A stretch of DNA of 64,000 nt from Dehalococcoidia bacterium (GTDB lineage: Bacteria > Chloroflexota > Dehalococcoidia > Lucifugimonadales > G958296245). The translations under genes were made by a program, and so were the position numbers. Shown in pieces: positions 36,941 through 46,844 of this stretch. The DNA lies in contig CBDHEI010000002.1 of NCBI GenBank assembly GCA_965262055.1, forward strand, positions 3,220,347 through 3,284,346, read 5' to 3'. Positions within the stretch are counted from its first letter, which is position 1. The number at the start of each line of letters is the position of its first letter. A model generated the notes under the pieces. The model searched no databases. It was not told the origin of the DNA and worked only from the letters and a program-made list of their open reading frames with translations.

Positions 36941-36960
36941 ACGGAGGTCCCTGAGCGAAA

Positions 36961-38184
36961 GTGGAAGCCAAAATATACGTGAAGCCTCTGCTTGGATTGT
37001 TGACCTTGGCGCTGGCGGCGCTCGCCGCCGCCTCGGGAACGGTAGGCGCCCAGCAGGCCGAGACGTTTTTCCTCGTGCCCAGATGGCATCAAATCGTTCT
37101 GGAGCCCGGAGAGATGGTCGTCGTACCGGCGACGGCGGAGAACAGGGGCACCGGCCCTGTGGAATTCATCGTGTCCTGGGAGAAGACCCCGGGTCCTGCC
37201 TGGGAGACCGGCATAAGGGGCGCGCTTACCAACTTCCAAGTCATCGCCGTCGCAATGCCCGCGGGAGACACCCGGTCGCTTTCGCTTGAGATCAAGGCCC
37301 CCGACGAAGTCGAGGCGGGCGCCTACCACCTCGAGATCAGGGCCGAGTCCACGGACGGCAAGTGGGAGAGGGTGCTGCCCTTCACGGTCACCATCGAGCC
37401 CCAGGAGGAAACCCCGCAGTCCCTCTTCCCCGCCGGAGACATGTACCTGCGGCCACCCAGGTTCTCGTCGCTCACCGGAGAGAACGATGGAGTCTTCGAG
37501 TTCAGCGTCGGCCTGATCAACGCCACCGAACAGCCTGCGAACCTCGATCTGGGGGTCACCGCGCCCCAGGGCTGGGACATCGGATTCTTCCCATCCTTCG
37601 AGCGCGACAAGCGAATCATCTCGGTGAGCATCGACGCCGGAGCCTCCGCCACCGTAACGGTCGTCGTCACCCCCGCAAGCAACGCCGACACCGGGCGTTA
37701 CGAGGTGGAGTTCGTGGCCTCCGGCGGCGAAAGGGACCTCACCACGGACCTGTTCATCGAGTTGACCGGCGCCAGAGAGGTCAGGCTCAAGACCCCGGAC
37801 GACCGCCTGAACGCGAACGCGGCCCCGGGCGAGCCGACCGAGATGATCATGATCGTGGCCAATCCGGGCGGCGCACCGCTCGATTTCGTCAACGTCTTCG
37901 GGCAGGCTCCGGACGGCTGGGAGCTGGAGTTCACCCCCGCCACTTTCAACTTCTTCGAGGCGGGCGGCGAGCAGGAGGTGAAGTTGAAGATCCAGCCCAC
38001 CCAGGACGCCATCCCAGGCGACTACCGCCTGTCGGTTGCCGCCGTGGCTGAGGGGGCATCGGACACCGTCGACATCGTGATCACCGTCACCCAGTCGACG
38101 ATCTGGGGCTGGGTCGGCCTGGCCGCCGTGCTGGCGGTCGCGGTCGGCATGGTGGGCCTCTTCCTGAGGCTGGGGAGGCGGTAG
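36961..38184 (+). CDS. secreted, C-terminally anchored protein with NEW3/NPCBM-associated Ig-like repeats
   Basis: Signal peptide; three repeats of a V-x-N-x-G...P-x-GW...G-x-Y pattern; C-terminal TM followed by RLGRR. Confidence 0.75.
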   Translation: MEAKIYVKPLLGLLTLALAALAAASGTVGAQQAETFFLVPRWHQIVLEPGEMVVVPATAENRGTGPVEFIVSWEKTPGPAWETGIRGALTNFQVIAVAMPAGDTRSLSLEIKAPDEVEAGAYHLEIRAESTDGKWERVLPFTVTIEPQEETPQSLFPAGDMYLRPPRFSSLTGENDGVFEFSVGLINATEQPANLDLGVTAPQGWDIGFFPSFERDKRIISVSIDAGASATVTVVVTPASNADTGRYEVEFVASGGERDLTTDLFIELTGAREVRLKTPDDRLNANAAPGEPTEMIMIVANPGGAPLDFVNVFGQAPDGWELEFTPATFNFFEAGGEQEVKLKIQPTQDAIPGDYRLSVAAVAEGASDTVDIVITVTQSTIWGWVGLAAVLAVAVGMVGLFLRLGRR

Positions 38185-38185
38185 C

Positions 38186-40777
38186 CTACCGGCGCGACAG
38201 GTACTTGCCGACCTCGGCGGCGTTGCGCTTCAGCCAGGCGGCGTTCAGCCGAATCCGCTCCAGCGACTGGCGCACGGTGCGCTCTGCGGCCGGTGCCGGG
38301 TGGTCGGCGAAGAATGACTCCACCTCGTCGTGCATCCGCAGCGTACTGAAGCGCTGCGTCAGCGATACCAGCCGCATCAGGCCGAATCCGCCCTCGCCGT
38401 AGCGGCGGTCCAACTCGTCCCAATTCTCCTTCAGGAACTGCCACGCCAGGTCCCTGCCGCGCCGGTTGGACGCCACGCTCACGACCACGGAGACCGTGTT
38501 GTGCACGCGTACCTCGGGGGTCAACGACCTCCTCAGCAGTTCGTCCAGCAATGCGCCCTCATCGACTTGGGCAATGGCCCTGAGGAAACGCACCTTTTCC
38601 TCTTCTGAGCCGGCTTCCAGGTACATCCTCCACTGCGTATCGAACACCGGCTTGCCGCCCTGTCGCGCCGCCAGACCCTGTACCACGTCGCGGATATCGG
38701 GATGCACGGCCTCCCCGGCGTCGGCGAACCGGGCGAAGCGACGCGCCGCCTCGTCGAGGGTATCCTGGTCGCCGTAGCGGCCCAGGCTCGACAGCAGCGC
38801 GCTTCTGAGCAGCGCGTCGAGCTCACCGTCCCCGGGCCGGACGTCCCACCCGATTTTCCGCCCCGCAGCCTGGGACACACCCCTAGCGTATGCCCTGAAG
38901 GCGTCGTGGTAAGGCTGGTCGGCGAGCAGGTTGTCTAGGCTGGCCATGTTTGCGCTGAGGTCCGACCAGACGGCGTACTCGGTCTCGTTGACGTACGCCC
39001 GCGCCAGGTCGAGTAGCTCGCTCACCGGCATATACCCCGCCCTCGAAAGCGCGAAGGCGTCGTCCTGGAGGCCCAGCCTGTCTATGGCTGAGACTGTGGC
39101 CCGTTCTATGGCCGTCCGCAGGCCGGCCCAGCCCTCGCCCGTGTAGTTGACCCTGTAGAAGCCTGTCTGCTCGGGGTTGACCTTCACCCAGGCGTCTCCA
39201 TCCGGTGCCGGGACGCTGATCGTCCCCTGGCGCTGGCTCAAGAGTACCGGCTCCGGTGCCTCCCCGGCGGAGGTGGTGACGTTGAGCGGGACTCGCCACG
39301 TGGTGTCATCCGCCTCGTCCGGGTCGATCAGGTGCTCGTACACGAATCGGCCCTGGCGGGCCGTCACCTCGAGACTGTCGCCGGAGCGCCGCGAACCGAC
39401 ATCCAGCACCGGGTAGCCGGTCTGCTGTACCCAGGAGTCCATCATCTCGGCCACCGGCTGCCCCGAGGCCTCGCCGAGGGCGTCCCAGAGATCGCGGGTG
39501 GCCGCGTTGCGGTACTGGTGCCGGTCGAGGTACCGGTTGATCCCCTTGCGGAAGGTCTCCGCCCCTAAGAAATTCTCCAGCATGCGCAGCACCGAACCGC
39601 CCTTGCTGTAGCTGATGGCGTCGAAGAGCTGCCCGATCTCCGCGGGATGGTTGACCTCTTGCTCTATAGGATGGGAGCTCTTCAGCCCGTCCAGGCTTAG
39701 GGCCTCGTTCGTGTCGTTCGATACGAACTCAGTCCACACCTGCCAGTCGGGGAAGATGTTATCGACAGCCTTGTCACCCATCCACGACGCGAAGCTTTCG
39801 TTGAGCCAGAGGTCGTTCCACCAGCCCATCGTCACCAGGTCGCCGAACCACATGTGGGCCATCTCGTGGGAGACGATGGCGGCGACCCTCCTGCGCGTCG
39901 CGACAGAGCTCTCTTTTGCGTCGACTAGGAGCGCCGGCTCCCTATACGTGATGGCGCCCCAATTCTCCATTGCGCCGGCGGCGAAGTCGGGAATCGCGAG
40001 ATGGTCCAGCTTCTCGAGCGGGTAGGGGATACCGAAATAGTCGTTGAAGTACGCCAGAAGCCTGCAGGAGACGTCCAGCGCAAACTCCCCTTTTCCCTCG
40101 TTGCCGGGCGTGGCCCACACCCTTACAAGGGTGCCGTTGTCGGCCCGCCTCTCGATCGATCTGAGATCGCCCACCACGAACGCCAGCAGGTAGGTGGACA
40201 TTACCGGTGTCTTCGCGTACTCGACCCTCCGCATTCCGCCTACATCCTCACACTCGCGCTCTACCGGCGTATTGGAAACGGCCTGTAGGTCAGACGGCAC
40301 GACCAACGTGACCTGGAAGCTGGCCTTCATCGCTGGCTCGTCCCAGCAGGGAAAAGCCCGGCGCGCGTCGGTAGCCTCGAACTGGGTGGTGGCCAGGTAG
40401 CGCTCCTCACCGGACGCGTCGACGTACCTGCTCCGGTAGAAACCGCGAAGCTTGTCGTTCAGCTCTCCGGTAAACGATATGTCCAAAGTGGCTGGACCGG
40501 CGGGCAGGGGGCTCCCAAACCGGAAGGCCGCAGTCTCCTCGTCGTTGTCGAGGGTCACCTCGCCCTTGCACTCCGAGCCGTCGGCAAGCCGCAGGCTGGC
40601 CGATGCGATGTCGAGCTCTATCGCGTTGAGCACCACCGTATCGGTGGGCTCCAGGATCTCCAGGTCGATCGACACCTCACCGGAAAAGGTGGCCTCGGCC
40701 AAGTCAGGGGTCAACGTCAGCCGGTAATGCACTGGCCGGACGTTCTTGGGAAGCATAACTGCGCCTGATTCAGCCAT
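38186..40777 (-). CDS. pepN: M1-family aminopeptidase
   Basis: TQFEATDARRAFPCWDEP, GAMENWG, HEMAH...LWLNE, YSKGG. Confidence 0.93.
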   Translation of the reverse strand: MAESGAVMLPKNVRPVHYRLTLTPDLAEATFSGEVSIDLEILEPTDTVVLNAIELDIASASLRLADGSECKGEVTLDNDEETAAFRFGSPLPAGPATLDISFTGELNDKLRGFYRSRYVDASGEERYLATTQFEATDARRAFPCWDEPAMKASFQVTLVVPSDLQAVSNTPVERECEDVGGMRRVEYAKTPVMSTYLLAFVVGDLRSIERRADNGTLVRVWATPGNEGKGEFALDVSCRLLAYFNDYFGIPYPLEKLDHLAIPDFAAGAMENWGAITYREPALLVDAKESSVATRRRVAAIVSHEMAHMWFGDLVTMGWWNDLWLNESFASWMGDKAVDNIFPDWQVWTEFVSNDTNEALSLDGLKSSHPIEQEVNHPAEIGQLFDAISYSKGGSVLRMLENFLGAETFRKGINRYLDRHQYRNAATRDLWDALGEASGQPVAEMMDSWVQQTGYPVLDVGSRRSGDSLEVTARQGRFVYEHLIDPDEADDTTWRVPLNVTTSAGEAPEPVLLSQRQGTISVPAPDGDAWVKVNPEQTGFYRVNYTGEGWAGLRTAIERATVSAIDRLGLQDDAFALSRAGYMPVSELLDLARAYVNETEYAVWSDLSANMASLDNLLADQPYHDAFRAYARGVSQAAGRKIGWDVRPGDGELDALLRSALLSSLGRYGDQDTLDEAARRFARFADAGEAVHPDIRDVVQGLAARQGGKPVFDTQWRMYLEAGSEEEKVRFLRAIAQVDEGALLDELLRRSLTPEVRVHNTVSVVVSVASNRRGRDLAWQFLKENWDELDRRYGEGGFGLMRLVSLTQRFSTLRMHDEVESFFADHPAPAAERTVRQSLERIRLNAAWLKRNAAEVGKYLSRR

Positions 40778-40846
40778 TGCACTCCTCCGACACCCTAAGT
40801 GGGCGTCAAATGCCTCTACTACGTGGATGTCAGGAAAGAGCCGCGC

Positions 40847-41641
40847 TCACTCCGGGAGCCCGCGCCACACCGGCTTCCGTTTCTCGGCGAAGGCGCGCGG
40901 CCCCTCCAGCAGGTCGGGCGACGCAAGCACCCGGTCCAGCTCGCTGAACTCGTGCCGCATCGCATCCTCTAGGCTGAGGCTCATCCCTTCCGTGGCCATC
41001 TGCTTGTGTGCGCGCACTGACAGCGGAGCACACTCGGCGATCTCCCGCGCCCACCGGTCAGCGGTGGGCATCAACTCGGCCTGCGGGACCACCTCGTTGA
41101 CGATACCCCACCGAAGGGCCTCGGCAGCGGCGATCGACTTACCGGTCAGGAGCATTGTCATGGCGACCTTGAAGGGCGCCTGCCTGGGGAGGCGGTGCAC
41201 GCCTCCGGCGGCTGCCACCAGCCCCACCTTGGGCTCCGGCGCTGCAAACGTGGCGTGCTCGGCCGCAATGACGATATCGCATGCCAGGGCCAATTCCAGC
41301 CCGCCGCCCACAGCGTAGCCGTTCACCGCCGCTATGATCGGCTTCCAGCACGTGAAGTCCGACGTGATCCCGCCGAAGGGCATTCGTTCGGCGTCGGGGT
41401 AAGTCTCGCCGGACTTGCCGTGCTCGGCCGTGTACTTGAGGTCGTTGCCGGCGCTGAAGGACCTGTCGCCCTCGCCGGTGAGAATCGCCACCAGCAATGC
41501 AGGGTCCTCACGGAAGTTCGTGAACGCCTCCCGCATCTCGGCGCTCGCTGGCGGATGAATGGCGTTTAGGCGATGGGGGCGGTCGATAGTCAGGTGGGCG
41601 ACCGGCCCCCGCTTCTCGTAGCGTATGAACTGGTACGTCAA
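40847..41641 (-). CDS. enoyl-CoA hydratase/crotonase family
   Basis: FSAGNDLK, KPIIAAVNGYAVGGGLELALACD, APEPKVGL. Confidence 0.92.
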   Translation of the reverse strand: MTYQFIRYEKRGPVAHLTIDRPHRLNAIHPPASAEMREAFTNFREDPALLVAILTGEGDRSFSAGNDLKYTAEHGKSGETYPDAERMPFGGITSDFTCWKPIIAAVNGYAVGGGLELALACDIVIAAEHATFAAPEPKVGLVAAAGGVHRLPRQAPFKVAMTMLLTGKSIAAAEALRWGIVNEVVPQAELMPTADRWAREIAECAPLSVRAHKQMATEGMSLSLEDAMRHEFSELDRVLASPDLLEGPRAFAEKRKPVWRGLPE

Positions 41642-41708
41642 CGCCCCCCCTTGGTCACCCGTCGATCGGGGACCGGAGCCCGGTGTCCGTGTGGGCAGCC
41701 GCCTGCGG

Positions 41709-42173
41709 CTAGGTCCCGAACCGGACTTCAGCGTTGGGGTCGCAGTACTCCACGCCCTTGGTCGCCCAGAAGATCGCGGCGATCTCGTCGACGCAAGCGA
41801 CCAGCTTCTTGGCGGAGTCCATGTCGACGTTCTGCTTGTTCGCCGACGCCAGCTTGGTCGTCTCCCAGACCTTGGTGTGCAAGTCCGGGTACTTCTCCAG
41901 GTGCTCCGGCTTGAAGTAGTCGTGCCAGAGTATGTCGACCTCGTGCTTCACTAGGTCGGCGTGCTCCTCCTTGACCGCCACGTAGCGCCCGAACGAGTTG
42001 CCAGAGGCGACGTTCATCTCGCCACTCAACGCCTCGATTCGCATTACCATCTTCAGCACTGTCTGGGCCGCGATCTTGGCGGCAATCGGGTCGTATATGC
42101 CGCAGGGGATGTCGCAGTGGGCCAGCCCCTCGTGTACCGGTAGCCATCGAGTCAGCATCTGCTGCAATCTCAT
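41709..42173 (-). CDS. sodN: nickel superoxide dismutase precursor
   Basis: Ni-hook HCDIPCGIYDP after an 18-aa leader. Confidence 0.95.
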   Translation of the reverse strand: MRLQQMLTRWLPVHEGLAHCDIPCGIYDPIAAKIAAQTVLKMVMRIEALSGEMNVASGNSFGRYVAVKEEHADLVKHEVDILWHDYFKPEHLEKYPDLHTKVWETTKLASANKQNVDMDSAKKLVACVDEIAAIFWATKGVEYCDPNAEVRFGT

Positions 42174-42206
42174 TTCCCTTAAAGTCTCCTTGGTGAATGT
42201 AACTAA

Positions 42207-42235
42207 AGACTACAAGAGGCCCAGAGACAACGCAA
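42207..42235 (-). promoter_or_regulatory. candidate sodN promoter TTGCGT-N17-TAGTCT
   Basis: Lies between the IS end (42283) and the sodN ATG. Confidence 0.5.
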
Positions 42236-42282
42236 GTGTCGCACCACGGGGCCACGGGGGTGTCACCCACACATCCCCTTAA

Positions 42283-43988
42283 CCCGAATCCACCGAAAGA
42301 CGACTTTGGGGACAGTCCTTGAAGAAGCCAGAGGGTGCTCCTCTGAATCTGGGAGAATGGTTTTGAAACAGAAAACCGCCCGGAAACAAGGAGCACCCAG
42401 TAGATGCTGCCACAGAACAATCCCGACCGTATCGGCGTCGTCTTTGACGACCACCGCCTGGTGGCCAATGCCGGCCTGCTCCTGCCGGCCACCCTTGCAC
42501 AGCACCTGGGCCTGCGGGAACTCGTCGACCATCACCTCGACCTAGGCTGCGCATCGGGGCGGGCGAACACGGGGGACAAACTGCTGACGCTGGTCGCTTC
42601 CGCGCTGGCGGGCGGCGACTTCATCGACGACGCCGATGCGCTGCGTGCTGGTGGGACGGTCGGTGTTCTCGGCTGCGTGGTCAAGGCGCCATCCACCCTG
42701 GGCACCTTCCTGCGCAGCTTCCGGTGGGGGCATGTCCGTCAACTCGACCGGGTGAGCCGCCAGTTGCTGGCACGCGCATGGGCCGCTGGGGCCGGACCCG
42801 GCGACTCGCCCCTTACCATCGACCTGGACTCCACCATCTGCGAGACCTATGGACTGGACAAAGAAGGGGCGCGACACCACAACTACACCGGCGTGCGGGG
42901 CTATCACCCACTGCTGGCCATCGCCGCCGGAACCGGCGATGTGCTGATGTCCCGGCTGCGCGAGGGCCGTGCCAACACCGCTCGCGGCGCTGCCCACTTC
43001 CTGCGTGAAACGGTGGGGCGGGTGCGCTACGGTAGGGCCAGCGGCCAACTCACGGTGCGCGCCGACAGCGGCTTCTACGCCCACGCTCTCGTCGCCGTCT
43101 GCCGCGAGATGAGTGTCCGCTTCTCCATCACCATCCGCCAGCACAAAGGCCTGCGGGAGTTGATTGAGGCGATCCCCGAGCAGGACTGGACGCCGATTCC
43201 CTACTGGATGGACGGCGCCGCCGATGTGGCCGAGACCACCTATACCCCCTTCCAGAGTGAACCCGACGCCGCGCCGGTGCGGCTCATCGTCCGGCGGGTG
43301 AAGCCCACGCCCGGTTCCCAGTTGGCCCTCTTCGCCACCTACAGCTATCACGGCTTCATCACCGACCGGGACGGGGAAACCCTGGAACTGGAGGCCGATC
43401 ATCGCCGCCACGCCGAGATCGAGAACGCCATTCGAGACCTGAAACACGGCGTCGGACTCAACCATCTCCCCTCGGGGCGCTTCGCCGCCAACGGCGCCTG
43501 GCTGGCGGTGCAGGTGATGGCACACAACCTCGCCCGCTGGACAGCGCGCATCGGTCTGGCCGAACGGACCGTGACCACCAAGACCCTCAGGCGGCGGGTC
43601 TTCGCTCTGGTGGGACGGATCACCCGCTCGGCGCGCCGCCTTACCCTGCATCTTCCCCAGCATTGGACTTGGGAAACCCAGTTCACTCGCGCCATGGCCC
43701 GGCTGCGAGCCATTCCACTCCCCGCCTGAACTGCCAGCCTGCAACTGACCCAACTTCCCTGAAAACTCGTGCCACCCCGGTCCCGCGAGAGTTCCCTGCT
43801 GCGTATTCTCTCGCCATCCCGCGCATCGCAGCTCCCGCAGAGGGCCATAGGGGCGCAAGGCGGCGACTGAAGACCGTTCGCCGACCTTCCAATCTACCCC
43901 AATGAGCCCAGCCATCTCCCCTGTAGCTCCCTCACCCACCCTGCCGCTGTCCTCACGCCGTCCATCGGTGTCCTTCGGTGGATTCGGG
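42283..43988 (+). mobile_element. IS1380-family element A, copy 2 (1706 bp)
   Basis: Same 15-bp TIRs; flanks CTTAA and CTAAA (one mismatch). Confidence 0.95.
42404..43729 (+). CDS. IS1380-family transposase (intact)
   Basis: 441 aa, near-identical to copies 1 and 3. Confidence 0.93.
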   Translation: MLPQNNPDRIGVVFDDHRLVANAGLLLPATLAQHLGLRELVDHHLDLGCASGRANTGDKLLTLVASALAGGDFIDDADALRAGGTVGVLGCVVKAPSTLGTFLRSFRWGHVRQLDRVSRQLLARAWAAGAGPGDSPLTIDLDSTICETYGLDKEGARHHNYTGVRGYHPLLAIAAGTGDVLMSRLREGRANTARGAAHFLRETVGRVRYGRASGQLTVRADSGFYAHALVAVCREMSVRFSITIRQHKGLRELIEAIPEQDWTPIPYWMDGAADVAETTYTPFQSEPDAAPVRLIVRRVKPTPGSQLALFATYSYHGFITDRDGETLELEADHRRHAEIENAIRDLKHGVGLNHLPSGRFAANGAWLAVQVMAHNLARWTARIGLAERTVTTKTLRRRVFALVGRITRSARRLTLHLPQHWTWETQFTRAMARLRAIPLPA

Positions 43989-44062
43989 CTAAAGCGTCGG
44001 TGGGTGGGGGCGGGGCATTAACCACTCTTTTGGCGCCGCATCCGTTTGCGGCAACGATCAAG

Positions 44063-44091
44063 TTGTAAGCGTTTAGCCTTCGTCTTATAAT
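44063..44091 (+). promoter_or_regulatory. sigma70-type promoter TTGTAA-N17-TATAAT
   Basis: Direct reading; upstream of the sugar transferase. Confidence 0.6.
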
Positions 44092-44172
44092 CCGACCATC
44101 GGCGCGGACCTAATTGAAGCCTGCGTCGCACACTACTGCCGCGGCTCGACCCGGCACGAACGGACTTGCAGT

Positions 44173-44907
44173 TTGGCTGTTCCCGAGCTAGAAGGTGTCC
44201 CAGACGGGGCGGGCGGCGAGGCCGCGAAAGCGCCCGCGGACGAAGACACCCCCGTGGGAGATGGCTACAAGCGCGCGTTCGACCTCACCATACTGGCTGT
44301 ATCGCTCGTCGTCTTCTCCCCAATTTGGATTGTGCTCTGCGCCGGGATACTCCTGGCAATCTGGCTGGACGACCGCGGGCCCCTCCTCTACGCCCAACGC
44401 CGGGTGGGCAGGGGAGGACGCGAATTCACAGCGTTCAAGTTCCGTACCATGCTTGACGACGCCGAGAAGCTCACGGGCCCCGTGTGGGCCGCCGGCCATG
44501 ACCCACGGACTACCAGGGTGGGCAGAGTCCTTCGTCCGCTCCACCTGGACGAGATGCCCCAGCTCCTCAACATCCTCAGGGGCGAAATGAGCCTAGTCGG
44601 GCCGCGCCCGGAACGTCCCGAACTGGTACGCCACTTCGTGGAGGAAGCTCCGAGGTTCTCATCGAGGCTGAGGGTGCTGCCCGGCCTTACCGGCCTGGCC
44701 CAGGTCAGGGGACGCTACGATTTGCCCCCCAGGGACAAGCTCAGGTATGACAATCTCTACATCAGGCGACTAGGCCCCGTGCTCGACCTCAAGCTGCTGG
44801 TTCTCACAGTCTTTGTGGTGCTCATCGGCAGGCCGAGGCTGCAAGCGAACCCTCTATGCAGGGCTTTCCCCGGCCGGCGCCGTGACCGCAGCGATAGCGC
44901 GGGCTGA
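44173..44907 (+). CDS. bacterial sugar transferase (polyprenyl glycosylphosphotransferase catalytic domain)
   Basis: KRAFD, FKFRTM, LDEMPQLLNILRGEMSLVGPRPE, PGLTGLAQV. Confidence 0.9.
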   Translation: MAVPELEGVPDGAGGEAAKAPADEDTPVGDGYKRAFDLTILAVSLVVFSPIWIVLCAGILLAIWLDDRGPLLYAQRRVGRGGREFTAFKFRTMLDDAEKLTGPVWAAGHDPRTTRVGRVLRPLHLDEMPQLLNILRGEMSLVGPRPERPELVRHFVEEAPRFSSRLRVLPGLTGLAQVRGRYDLPPRDKLRYDNLYIRRLGPVLDLKLLVLTVFVVLIGRPRLQANPLCRAFPGRRRDRSDSAG

Positions 44908-44933
44908 GGGCATCTTGCACTGCATCGCGCCAA

Positions 44934-45824
44934 CTACGGGCCGTCGCGGCCGGTCAGGCTCCAGAGGTACTCCGCCAACTCCCGGGTGGGGGTGGGGATT
45001 ATCCCGGAGCCTATCTCCTCCACCGAATACTTGATGCGCTCCTTTTCGGTCATTGAGTCGTCTGCCCAGCTGGAGTAGAACGCGAGGCCGGCCTTTCGGC
45101 AGGCGTCCTGCACTATGCCCCTGGCCTCGTCCATCTGAGGCGGGTACGGTGGGTCATGGGCGTCGGGGTCGCCGAAGGACATTCCCATGTCGCCCGGCCC
45201 CCACTCGGCGAACGCCAGCCCCGGAACGGCCGCGGTACGGTCAGCGTTGGGCAGGCAGTGCCGGTCCTCGATCTTCAGCCCGAGCATCAGCTCCCCGTCC
45301 GGGTTGAGCGGCCACGGGTCCGCCATCCTGACGTACTCCCTGGGCTCCACTCCCCATATCTGGGCAGGTTCTCCCTGTCCCCCTCCTCCGCGTCTCCCTT
45401 CCGGTATCCCCAGATCGAGCCCGATGGTCTGGAACGGGTATCTCGCCGTGCTGACGAACGCCCGCACCGCCTCGGGGCTTCGGGCATGGGTGTGAAGAAG
45501 CCCGTGGACGCCCGTAGAGAGCACGTGTCTCGACTGCCAGGCGTTATAGAAGACCTCCTCCGGGCTGATGCAGTTGGACGGCAGGGTCGCCACCACCGTA
45601 GGCATCAGGCGCCCGCCGGGTGTGGGGCCGCCGTCCTTCACCCCGCGCATGAAGTCGCGCAGGCCCACCGTGTCGAATGGGTGATGCTCGAACTCCACTA
45701 GGAGCAGGTCACACCACGTCTGCGACGCCTTGAGACCGGCCTCGTAGGTCAGAGTCGGCGCGCTGGTGACCGCGACGGTCTGGCCCTGCTCCAGCAGATC
45801 GATGCACTTGTTGATCCTGGCCAT
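44934..45824 (-). CDS. HpcH/HpaI aldolase-family protein
   Basis: EFEHHPFD, LSTGVHGL, LGLKIED, AEWGPGDMGMS. Confidence 0.75.
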   Translation of the reverse strand: MARINKCIDLLEQGQTVAVTSAPTLTYEAGLKASQTWCDLLLVEFEHHPFDTVGLRDFMRGVKDGGPTPGGRLMPTVVATLPSNCISPEEVFYNAWQSRHVLSTGVHGLLHTHARSPEAVRAFVSTARYPFQTIGLDLGIPEGRRGGGGQGEPAQIWGVEPREYVRMADPWPLNPDGELMLGLKIEDRHCLPNADRTAAVPGLAFAEWGPGDMGMSFGDPDAHDPPYPPQMDEARGIVQDACRKAGLAFYSSWADDSMTEKERIKYSVEEIGSGIIPTPTRELAEYLWSLTGRDGP

Positions 45825-45976
45825 GTCCGCTCCTGTAATCCCTTGGGACGTTGCGCTGGGCTGCGGCGCCGCCAGCGTGCGGCGATCGGACGGATTCTAC
45901 CCAAGGTGTAAGCTGCGGGCAAGCGTGTACAATCGCCCGCAACACTTACGAATCGGAGCCGAGTAAGGGGAAAGCA

Positions 45977-46783
45977 ATGAAGAAGAAGGTCCTCATAACC
46001 GGAGCGGCGGGCCGCATAGGTGGAATAGTTCGACAGTTCTTGGGCCAGAAATACGAGCTTAGCGCCCTGGACATCGTGGCTGTGGACGACATCCCTTCAC
46101 GAGTCGCCGATCTCGCCGACATTGACTCCATCATGCCGGCCTTCGAGGGGCAGGACACCGTGGTCCACCTTGGTGCCGACCCCAGCGGCGGCGCTCCCTG
46201 GGACTCGGTCCTGCCCAACAACATCGTAGGCATGTACAACGTCATGGAGGCGTGCCGCGCGGCGGGCGTCAAGCGCATCGTGTTTGCAAGCACCAACCAC
46301 GTTGTAGGGTACTACCCGGAAAAAGAAGATCCGTACAAGGCGGTCTTCGAGGGGCGGCTCGACGACGCCCAGAGGCCGTTCCCATTGCTGACCGCCGAGA
46401 AGATTCGGCCCGATTGCCTCTACGGCGTCAGCAAGGCCTTCGGTGAGGCTATTGGGAGCCTCTACTGTGACAAGTACGGCATCTCCTTCATTGCTCTCCG
46501 GATCGGCGGGGTGAATATGGACGCGCGTTGGCAGGTAAAGTCCTACCCGGGCCTCGCCATGTGGCTGAGCCACCGGGACGCGGCCCAGCTAGTCGAGCGA
46601 AGCATCGACGCCCCTGATTCGGTGGGCTTTCTGATCGTGTACGGGATGTCGAACAACACCATGCGCATCCACGAGATCGATACCGCCGAGAAGGTGCTGG
46701 GTTACAGGCCGCAGGACGACGCAGGCGACACACTGGATCCCGACGCCGCTACCGGCGGCTACTACGGCCACGCTCACCCATAG
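45977..46783 (+). CDS. NAD-dependent epimerase/dehydratase, uronate-dehydrogenase-like
   Basis: ITGAAGRIG, FASTNH, YGVSKAFGE, WLSHRD. Start taken at ATG 45977. Confidence 0.85.
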   Translation: MKKKVLITGAAGRIGGIVRQFLGQKYELSALDIVAVDDIPSRVADLADIDSIMPAFEGQDTVVHLGADPSGGAPWDSVLPNNIVGMYNVMEACRAAGVKRIVFASTNHVVGYYPEKEDPYKAVFEGRLDDAQRPFPLLTAEKIRPDCLYGVSKAFGEAIGSLYCDKYGISFIALRIGGVNMDARWQVKSYPGLAMWLSHRDAAQLVERSIDAPDSVGFLIVYGMSNNTMRIHEIDTAEKVLGYRPQDDAGDTLDPDAATGGYYGHAHP

Positions 46784-46844
46784 CTGATTGAGGGCCCTGT
46801 GGAGGCTGCCTTTCCCCGGAGTCGGCGTGAGGTTTGGCCAGGGC

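Noticed and set aside
8268-42283. Inversion of the 34-kb segment between oppositely oriented IS copies 1 and 2
   Set aside because: Swapped flanks would need TTTAG right of copy 2, but CTAAA is observed. Copy 1 has matching duplications and a native terminator context.
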